Positions 56,705 to 63,469 of a stretch of DNA of 64,000 bases are shown here, piece by piece. This DNA comes from a virus. The position numbers were made by a program, and so were the translations under genes. The stretch is from IMG/VR virus record IMGVR_UViG_3300030108_001677, positions 22,383 through 86,382 of that record, one strand, 5' to 3'. Under the pieces are notes generated by a model, which did no database searches, was not told where the DNA came from, and worked only from the letters and a program-made list of their open reading frames with translations. Position 1 is the stretch's first letter. Each line of letters opens with the position of its first letter.

Positions 56705-57396
56705 TCCATCATCTCCTTGAACGCATCATCGTATTGACCCTCTCCACCACCAATTCCCATAGCCCTCATGGCTCTTAGATTGTCGGCATAATTCATATCC
56801 AGTCTGTGGTTATGCACACGGATCGCTTCTTCTAATGGTGTTTCTTCTGTGCCCATTAGTCCGGCTAAATCATCCATAGTTATGGAAAATCCGCCCATAG
56901 GTATCATACCCATTCTCCTACCTGTTTCATTAGGATTTACACCTTCCAAGTGAATATCCATTTCATAAGGATTTTCAGCATCAATGACCCCTCCAACACC
57001 TTCGGAATTTACCATGTAAAATTCACCATTGGGTGCTTGCACTACAAACTGATCTCCATGTGAAACTCTTGGCTTTGACGACCATCCATCATCATCACGG
57101 TATGGTGTAGCCATATCTATCATAGGGTAGCCATCTTCATCAACATACCCAGCACGCAAGTGTTTGTCATATTGTTCATCAGTCATTCCCATATCCGCAA
57201 ATGGGTGTCGCATTCGTGGCACTTCGTATGTTCCTTCATTCATCTGTGCCAATACATTATCGTGGAACCTTTGGGCAAATTCTTGGAGTCTATCGGGGTC
57301 AAGCCTACGCATCATAATGTTTGACGGCTCTCTATTCCCATGAACACCCCTGCGTTTCAGTAAAGTCCAACCAATATCAAACGCCTTATTGTCCAT
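56701..57396 (-). CDS. Hypothetical acidic M/G/D-rich protein with N-terminal tag
   Basis: Probable start MDNKAFDIGWTLLK at 57396. Confidence 0.7.
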   Translation of the reverse strand: MDNKAFDIGWTLLKRRGVHGNREPSNIMMRRLDPDRLQEFAQRFHDNVLAQMNEGTYEVPRMRHPFADMGMTDEQYDKHLRAGYVDEDGYPMIDMATPYRDDDGWSSKPRVSHGDQFVVQAPNGEFYMVNSEGVGGVIDAENPYEMDIHLEGVNPNETGRRMGMIPMGGFSITMDDLAGLMGTEETPLEEAIRVHNHRLDMNYADNLRAMRAMGIGGGEGQYDDAFKEMME

Positions 57397-58099
57397 CTTC
57401 AAGCACCCCCGCATCGGCCAATGCCTTACGCATAACACGCCATTCTTCGGGCGATTTCTCGGAAAAATGTGCTTGTATGACAGTGAGGACACTGACCTGC
57501 TCGTTAGAACCTACGCTGTCTAACTTTTCAAGGTATTCCCCAATCTCACCCAAAGTGTCACGAATTTCACGGTGAAGTTTTACTGCCGTGTCAAGACCCT
57601 TGTAATCAAGTGCGCCAGTTTCCTGTTGTTCCTCACGCATCAAATCAACATGGTCATTGAACAAAGTATTCAAACGCTGTAAATTGTTTTCAGTTTGGCG
57701 CATAGCGGTTCTTGCACTATCTATTCGTGCTGGCAACATCTCCACAGACACTTCACGCTGAATAATTGGTGTGGTGTGATTTTCCATGTGTTGTGATAAA
57801 GCAGTGGTTGTGATGTCTAACTCGGTAGCCATATCTTCAATTGAAACAATGTGATTAAGCACAGCCTGTTCGATGTTGGCTCTTTCGGGGTGTGTGCATA
57901 CAGGGCATTCGCTGTTGCTATTGTTGTGGTAATCACCCGAATGCCTACGCATGTGCCTATGTGCAGTGCCCTCCGGCCATTCTTGACTACGATCTAATTC
58001 TTCGACCTCAAGCGTTCCTAAACGAATCATTCTTTCGTAATTATCACGCTGTGGGTGCTGACAGAATGGACAATTGGCTCTTGTCCTACGCCCCGTCAT
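57386..58099 (-). CDS. Putative terminase small subunit / DNA-binding protein with tandem Zn-HTH repeats
   Basis: Two repeats CP.C.HP.R...E...HM..H followed by a helical oligomerisation-like region; upstream of the packaging cluster. Confidence 0.5.
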   Translation of the reverse strand: MTGRRTRANCPFCQHPQRDNYERMIRLGTLEVEELDRSQEWPEGTAHRHMRRHSGDYHNNSNSECPVCTHPERANIEQAVLNHIVSIEDMATELDITTTALSQHMENHTTPIIQREVSVEMLPARIDSARTAMRQTENNLQRLNTLFNDHVDLMREEQQETGALDYKGLDTAVKLHREIRDTLGEIGEYLEKLDSVGSNEQVSVLTVIQAHFSEKSPEEWRVMRKALADAGVLEDGQ

Positions 58100-58121
58100 G
58101 TTTAGCGCATAGCAAACTAAC

Positions 58122-58331
58122 TTATTTCATTTTTGACTTTTTTGGTGTGTGAACACCGCAGTAAGCAGTTCCACGCTTTGGGTGGTTTTTACAAGGCTCT
58201 CCGTTCTTTTTTGTTGCTTGACAAAGTGTGGGTGCTTCGTGCTTAACCACTGGTCTTTTGGGTATATCCACTACTGCATACGCTTGTGGTGGCGGGGCTA
58301 CTATTCGCCCGTTAATACCGAAAGGAAGCAT
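58122..58331 (-). CDS. Small CCCH zinc-finger protein
   Basis: CQATKKNGEPCKN......YCGVH. Confidence 0.65.
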   Translation of the reverse strand: MLPFGINGRIVAPPPQAYAVVDIPKRPVVKHEAPTLCQATKKNGEPCKNHPKRGTAYCGVHTPKKSKMK

Positions 58332-58566
58332 ATTGACGGATCGCTATTGTTCCTGTCAATATCAGTCCGAAAAACATAGCCATCACTGCACTTGTTCCCA
58401 AAGCCGGACCTTTCCATACTAATACCACCAAAGAAAACAATATGAATGCAATAATGTAAATCATGGTTGCACTTTCCACAATCATTTTCTTTGGACTCAA
58501 GATGTCCAGTGTTGCCGATGAAATTGAAACCTCTCCTTGAACAGCCGACTCGTCTTTTTCTCCCAT
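58312..58566 (-). CDS. Small protein with two transmembrane helices
   Basis: MIYIIAFILFSLVVLVW and AVMAMFFGLILTGTIAI. Confidence 0.75.
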   Translation of the reverse strand: MGEKDESAVQGEVSISSATLDILSPKKMIVESATMIYIIAFILFSLVVLVWKGPALGTSAVMAMFFGLILTGTIAIRQYASFRY

Positions 58567-58570
58567 ATTA

Positions 58571-59218
58571 TCACAATCCTACTGCCGCACCTTTAGCGGC
58601 CATATTTACACCTTGCCCCATAGTGGCACCAAAGCCACCGTTTTGTTGCATTTGATTACCTATGATTCCTCCAAGCAGGTTGCCAAAGAAACCGGGCTGA
58701 TTTTGTTGCATGTTATTCATCATCATGCCTTGCTGGTGTGCGGCAAGGAACATTTGTAATTGTTGCTGGTTTGCATTCAATACATTCTGTGCGGCACTTT
58801 GGGCTGTTTGTAGTGTCAAAGCAAGATTTTCTTGTGACATGGTAGCCAATTCGCTTGGCAACGAACCAGCATCAAGACTTAATTTTTCACCCTCTATCTT
58901 GAATGAAACATTGTTGAAAAATTCTTTTATTGACAACTGCACAATCTCACCAACCAAATTTAGAACCAACGCCATATTTTGTGATACTACAAAGTTTGAA
59001 ACTGGGTCATACATGGCTAACAATTGGGATGTTGCCACGATAGGATCGTTGGCGGCCTGTTGCATCATTGGGTTCTGTGCTTGTTGCATCATGCCCATAG
59101 CACCCATGTTGCCCATTCCCATCATATTGTTTCCATACGCTTGATTCTGTGCTGTTACCGTTGGCGCACCAAATTGTTGTGCTGGTTGCGCTTTATTTCC
59201 AAATCCAAATAATCCCAT
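58571..59218 (-). CDS. Q/M/N/G-rich protein with low-complexity termini and helical core
   Basis: MGLFGFG start; NNMMGMGNMGAMGMMQQ; GFFGNLLGGII. Confidence 0.8.
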   Translation of the reverse strand: MGLFGFGNKAQPAQQFGAPTVTAQNQAYGNNMMGMGNMGAMGMMQQAQNPMMQQAANDPIVATSQLLAMYDPVSNFVVSQNMALVLNLVGEIVQLSIKEFFNNVSFKIEGEKLSLDAGSLPSELATMSQENLALTLQTAQSAAQNVLNANQQQLQMFLAAHQQGMMMNNMQQNQPGFFGNLLGGIIGNQMQQNGGFGATMGQGVNMAAKGAAVGL

Positions 59219-59223
59219 GTTCG

Positions 59224-60132
59224 TTACCCCTGTTTCACTGCCATTGGTTCCTGTGGCGTGATTTGTTGCTGTTGCGTTTGTGGCGCAATATTTACCATAC
59301 TACCTTGATTCATTTGCTCTAACTGCAAGGCTCTCATATCAAATGTGACCGTGACCAAATCAGCAACCCCCGTAACCGGATTAACATGCTGATTCAATAC
59401 TACTCCTTTACTGTATTGTGCATCTTGTTGTATCATTTGAAAGAAAGGTGCATATTTCGCTAAAGACTCCGGTGTTGACCTATTCTTTGCTGATGATTTA
59501 CCACTAAGACCCGGCACTTTCAAGAATCGTGTGCCCTTTGCCACTATCTTACCAAAACCTTCATCCTCCATTTCATGTTCCTCAAGCATACAGCGAAGTG
59601 TGTGGTATATGTGCAAATGTGCTGGACAAAGTGTGCTATTCATTTCATCTCCGTGATCTCCGTGCGTGCGGGCATGAGGCTTTCTTGCTTGACCCGTATC
59701 TTCATCGAACCAGTATATGTCGGCTAACGACAAACCAGTTTTCTCGTCAACAATGTGGTTGTATGCGTTATCACCTTCAAGGAAACGCCTAACATCAACA
59801 CCACAACAAGCACATTCGTGTGCGGCATTATATCTGTAAATCTTGAATAGACCGAGATTATATGATGGTGGGCGTAGTGCCTTTCTCATCTTTTTGATAT
59901 TCTTTTTTCTTGCCTTTCGTGGATTCTTAGGATTGGTTACTAACTTCAACTCAACTGTTGGAATTAGTGCTTCACCCTCGACTCCACCTGTTGAACCAGC
60001 ACTCGCCATCTCGGCTCTTTGTTGTGCTTTCAACATGTCCACTGAAATACCAGTGTGCATGGCAAGGACATTCAACTCATCATCGGATAGGCCGTTCAAA
60101 GACATGCCCCCGCCAAATGGATTTATACGCAT
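59224..60132 (-). CDS. Hypothetical protein with putative zinc-binding motif
   Basis: HECACCG...LCPAH; basic K/R patch; GGTGAG SD. Confidence 0.75.
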   Translation of the reverse strand: MRINPFGGGMSLNGLSDDELNVLAMHTGISVDMLKAQQRAEMASAGSTGGVEGEALIPTVELKLVTNPKNPRKARKKNIKKMRKALRPPSYNLGLFKIYRYNAAHECACCGVDVRRFLEGDNAYNHIVDEKTGLSLADIYWFDEDTGQARKPHARTHGDHGDEMNSTLCPAHLHIYHTLRCMLEEHEMEDEGFGKIVAKGTRFLKVPGLSGKSSAKNRSTPESLAKYAPFFQMIQQDAQYSKGVVLNQHVNPVTGVADLVTVTFDMRALQLEQMNQGSMVNIAPQTQQQQITPQEPMAVKQG

Positions 60133-60187
60133 ACTTCTCTCACCGCCTTGACCCTGTGAGGACTGACAACATCAAAAAGATTCCCCC

Positions 60188-60916
60188 TCAAATTAAATTT
60201 ATTGTGTGGATAACTGCTTCTTCAACACGCAAACCAAATTGCGCTGATACAGCCTCCACATTTGTAGCCACTGCTGACTTTCGTAATCTTCGCATATCCT
60301 CTTGAAATGGTGCTACCATAGGGTGTTGCCGTTTGAGTCCAGCATCCCATATCTTTTGCGATTGAGCATCCCACCACACATCCATCTTGTTCAACAGCAA
60401 ACAAACAACACTGGGTTTGTATTTCTTGGCTTTTCTTTTCATACTACGACTAAATGTAGTGGGATATTTGTGATTCACAATAATGTCCGTAAGATACTTG
60501 AAACCAGCAACAGCCTCTTGCATGGCTGGCTGTGACCATGCTATTCTATCATCAACAACAAAGAAAATTATGTTCGCTTTACGATCTATCATATCCTCCG
60601 CCCACATATTCCAATATTGACTTTGACCGCCAATGTCGGTGGATGTAATCGGCACCCTATCTCCTTTGTAACGCACTTGTTTTTTGGTGGAATGAGGCAT
60701 TTGAAACTTGCCTCGTTTTACTGGGTGGGTTGTTCGCAACTCCACCGGTATTGGGTCAATATCACCCGGCACAGTAAGATACTGGTCAAGTGTCGTTTTA
60801 CCTGCCAATGAAGGACCATATATTGCTACTTTGTGTGGGCGCAATATTCTATACACATAGGTTGCTATTTGTGCTGACCCCATTAGCAAGTGACCAGCAA
60901 ACATCCATGTTGCCAT
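60188..60916 (-). CDS. Ras-superfamily small GTPase, Arf-like
   Basis: G1 GPSLAGKTT, G3 DIGGQ followed by YWNMW, IIFFVVD, G4 LLLNKMD, G5 SAQFG.RVEEA; N-terminal hydrophobic/amphipathic extension. Confidence 0.85.
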   Translation of the reverse strand: MATWMFAGHLLMGSAQIATYVYRILRPHKVAIYGPSLAGKTTLDQYLTVPGDIDPIPVELRTTHPVKRGKFQMPHSTKKQVRYKGDRVPITSTDIGGQSQYWNMWAEDMIDRKANIIFFVVDDRIAWSQPAMQEAVAGFKYLTDIIVNHKYPTTFSRSMKRKAKKYKPSVVCLLLNKMDVWWDAQSQKIWDAGLKRQHPMVAPFQEDMRRLRKSAVATNVEAVSAQFGLRVEEAVIHTINLI

Positions 60917-60922
60917 TCACAA

Positions 60923-61144
60923 TCACTCGCCCCTGATCCATTTCCATACACTATGTGGGCTAATATCTCCCCATACTTCTAAGCCTAACAAAACGAAAAA
61001 TGACAAACTCACACCAATAAAAAACGCCAATATAGATTTTACAGTCCATGCCGCCCTCTCCATGCGCCTATCGTAAGCGTTTTCAGCAAGTATCGCTGAC
61101 ATGGCTTCCGCCTGTCTTTCCTGTGCTGTGTTAAAAGGCCACAT
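60923..61144 (-). CDS. Small single-pass membrane protein
   Basis: Start MWPFN at 61144 (AGGTGG SD); ILAFFIGVSLSFFVLLGL. Confidence 0.75.
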   Translation of the reverse strand: MWPFNTAQERQAEAMSAILAENAYDRRMERAAWTVKSILAFFIGVSLSFFVLLGLEVWGDISPHSVWKWIRGE

Positions 61145-61157
61145 GCTACTGCACCAC

Positions 61158-61628
61158 CTATTGCTGTTCACTATCGGATTTAGGTTCTTCTCCGTCATTC
61201 GGTAAGCCAAATGTTTGTTGTTGTGGGTTAGTTACCTGTTGCCAACTGGTTTGTTTATTATACATCTCAATATCCTGTTGCATTTGATAATCTTTTCTCA
61301 TACGGCGTTGTTGTAGTCGCATTTGATTTCGATGCCACTTATCATAACGCCCTTCTTGTGCAAATTCAGCACGCAGGGCAAGTGAGTCACGGATTCCACC
61401 TACATGGAATAGCACCATAGCCACACAAAGGAAACCAAATGCAATTAACCCGTATTGTAATCCCATTTCAGCCGGACTTGCTTCGGGTAAATACCAATCC
61501 AAATGAGAAACGGTTACTGAAACACCAGTCAAAAGCGATTGCCATAGCAACATGGCAATTAGGTTGATGTCAATACGGTTCCCATCATCGGGCATTTGCC
61601 ACGGTGGTATTCTTTGTGGTTGGTTCAT
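61158..61628 (-). CDS. Two-TM membrane protein with Q/R-rich coiled-coil tail
   Basis: Start MNQPQ at 61628; LIAMLLWQSLLTGVSV and YGLIAFGFLCVAMVLF. Confidence 0.75.
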   Translation of the reverse strand: MNQPQRIPPWQMPDDGNRIDINLIAMLLWQSLLTGVSVTVSHLDWYLPEASPAEMGLQYGLIAFGFLCVAMVLFHVGGIRDSLALRAEFAQEGRYDKWHRNQMRLQQRRMRKDYQMQQDIEMYNKQTSWQQVTNPQQQTFGLPNDGEEPKSDSEQQ

Positions 61629-61629
61629 T

Positions 61630-61767
61630 TTATTCCGCCCCCTTCTTTTCTTCAAAATATTTCTTTAGCACGAAATTGACGAATGAGGATTTAGACTCAC
61701 GCCCCCTTTCCGCTTCTAATTTTGCGAACAGATCGTCCGGCATAACTACTGAAACATGTCGGCTCAT
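61630..61767 (-). CDS. Ribbon-helix-helix (CopG/Arc-like) transcription regulator, 45 aa (not in ORF track)
   Basis: Read manually: MSRHVSVVMPDDLFAKLEAERGRESKSSFVNFVLKKYFEEKKGAE, with an alternating beta strand, PD.L..LE and S.S.FV..L..Y. Confidence 0.8.
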   Translation of the reverse strand: MSRHVSVVMPDDLFAKLEAERGRESKSSFVNFVLKKYFEEKKGAE

Positions 61768-61793
61768 GTATAAATCCCAGTCCTGTGAAGGCT

Positions 61794-61802
61794 ATGAAGG
61801 TT
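61794..61802 (-). promoter_or_regulatory. Putative promoter motif AACCTTCAT upstream of the RHH/GTPase operon
   Basis: About 27 nt upstream of ATG 61767; recurrent motif. Confidence 0.45.
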
Positions 61803-61804
61803 GT

Positions 61805-61813
61805 GATTAAATA
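61805..61813 (+). promoter_or_regulatory. TATA-like box for the leaderless 61836 gene
   Basis: GATTAAATA centred about 26 nt upstream of the ATG; no obvious SD. Confidence 0.4.
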
Positions 61814-61835
61814 GAAGGGCGACTTCGGGTTTAAC

Positions 61836-62348
61836 ATGCCATCTGCAAACATGCCCGATGCAGTAAAAGCCATGCGCTCATATTATTTTGTAATAAACGC
61901 AATACCAAACAGCCCCGAAGTTTTATCCTCATGGATTCAAAGGCATACTGATGAGGCATTAGCGGCTGACTTTGATTACAGGGCGGCAATCGCTGTTTTA
62001 CATCATTTTAACCATCCGTTGTATTCAAACACATCAAACCACCCATCGGGCACTACATCGTGGTGTAACCTAATGACTGGTGCTGAAACCATATTACAAG
62101 ACGAACAGGCTTGGATAAATGACCAGTTAGAAATCGCTAACATCACACGACCACAGCGTTTGTTTGATTCCGACATTACATGGTTGAACGCTTGGGCAAC
62201 GGCTAACGGTATTCCACAAAACCTTGAAACCGCTTTCTTAGTCAATATGCTAATTCAACAATTGCGAACATGTGAGGGTAGCAACGGTGCTACTGGTGCT
62301 GGTGGTATATCGCATACTGAACGCAATCCGCCAACAAACTTACCTTAG
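61836..62348 (+). CDS. Hypothetical protein (only plus-strand gene in the late region)
   Basis: 170-aa ORF filling the gap; TATA upstream; its stop overlaps the convergent gene. Confidence 0.7.
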   Translation: MPSANMPDAVKAMRSYYFVINAIPNSPEVLSSWIQRHTDEALAADFDYRAAIAVLHHFNHPLYSNTSNHPSGTTSWCNLMTGAETILQDEQAWINDQLEIANITRPQRLFDSDITWLNAWATANGIPQNLETAFLVNMLIQQLRTCEGSNGATGAGGISHTERNPPTNLP

Positions 62349-63469
62349 TCACGCATTTGCTCAAATATATTTTCTAAAGCCATTTGCCTCATGGTTGGAG
62401 GTAACTTGGAAAGTGCCCTTTGATTTTCAAGATAGACACTCCTACCTCCCCTTCGGAAACATGCACGACAACCCATCTCACCAGTTAATGGATCTCTAAC
62501 AAGATTGCACTTCTTTGGATTACCGGGTATGGTTGCCCTGCAAATGGTATCGGGATTGCTTGGTATCTTGTCAAACCCTGTCATACCCAACATTGGTTTT
62601 CCATCAGCACCCAATAACCTCGACAATTCTCCGACATTGATTGTCCTATTTGGCACATCTTTACTGGTAAAGGTAATATCGGTGTTGTCTTTTACCTGTT
62701 CGGGCAACATCCTACCCGGTAGCGACATTTGTATTGCTAAGTTTGGTGCAATAGCATCCGGCTCAAATCCTCTTGCTTCTAAGAAGTCATACAAATATGG
62801 TATTTGTCTTGTGGACATCCACATGTCCACCATCGGATTCCTACGGGCTATCTGATCTGCTAAAGCAAACGCACCCGAACCTCTTGCATTTCCAGCCGAA
62901 AATACTCTTGCGTTTATGTCGTCTGTGGGTCTTTTGCGGGCTAACATGGCCGATGGTGTCAAGGTTTCAGCGTATGCCGCACCTATCTGTTCGGGATAAT
63001 TCAACATCCTGTCAAGATTACGCCATTGTGATATTTGCACAGTAGGATAACCATAGTTACCCTTACAAGCATAACAATGACCACAAGCCATGTTAGGATT
63101 TTCTCTATCGGCAAATATACACGCTCTTGGTGGAGAGTCCATTATAGAAGGTCCGGGCATCTTGTTGGGTTCACCATAGTGTCCAAACTTAGCGGGTTTT
63201 ATACTTTGGAGATTTGCTGGCAAATCCCCTCTAATATCCTCAAAAATTGGCAAATCATAGTCCATCTCAAGCGGGATGTCAATTAAACGGGGAACACCAC
63301 CGGGATTCAAATAAGCATCCACCTTTTCCGGATTCGCTTCAATGAATCTTGCAGGGTTTATTTTGACTGGGGGGTTTCGTCTAAACTTATCCCAAGCAAG
63401 CATATCATCTTCATCGCCTACTGCTTTGATTAGCAATTTGCCTAACTGATGGGTTATAGCATCAATCAA
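62345..63469 (-). CDS. Gp88-like (radical-SAM-related, Cys-rich) protein
   Basis: NKMPG...P..AC...ACGHCYA.KG.Y, RVFSAGN, WMSTR, NLAIQMS, C-terminal C...C...CRAC; start TTG 63469 or ATG 63499. Confidence 0.65.
   Translation of the reverse strand: MIDAITHQLGKLLIKAVGDEDDMLAWDKFRRNPPVKINPARFIEANPEKVDAYLNPGGVPRLIDIPLEMDYDLPIFEDIRGDLPANLQSIKPAKFGHYGEPNKMPGPSIMDSPPRACIFADRENPNMACGHCYACKGNYGYPTVQISQWRNLDRMLNYPEQIGAAYAETLTPSAMLARKRPTDDINARVFSAGNARGSGAFALADQIARRNPMVDMWMSTRQIPYLYDFLEARGFEPDAIAPNLAIQMSLPGRMLPEQVKDNTDITFTSKDVPNRTINVGELSRLLGADGKPMLGMTGFDKIPSNPDTICRATIPGNPKKCNLVRDPLTGEMGCRACFRRGGRSVYLENQRALSKLPPTMRQMALENIFEQMRD

Noticed and set aside
57397-57492. Upstream start of the 56701 ORF
   Set aside because: It overlaps the neighbouring gene; ATG 57396 gives a short overlap and puts the tag at the N-terminus.
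59198-59218. N-myristoylation signal MGLFGFG
   Set aside because: It lacks Ser/Thr at position 6, and N-myristoyltransferase is not expected in an archaeal host; kept only as a hydrophobic motif.
60188-60916. Eukaryotic contamination or chimera explaining the GTPase
   Set aside because: The gene is intronless, tightly packed with its neighbours and shows no visible compositional break; read-level assembly checks could not be done.
3908-61810. Numerous plus-strand ORFs of 60-220 aa in the ORF track
   Set aside because: They are antisense shadows of long minus-strand genes, with no SD, no recognisable motifs and atypical composition.
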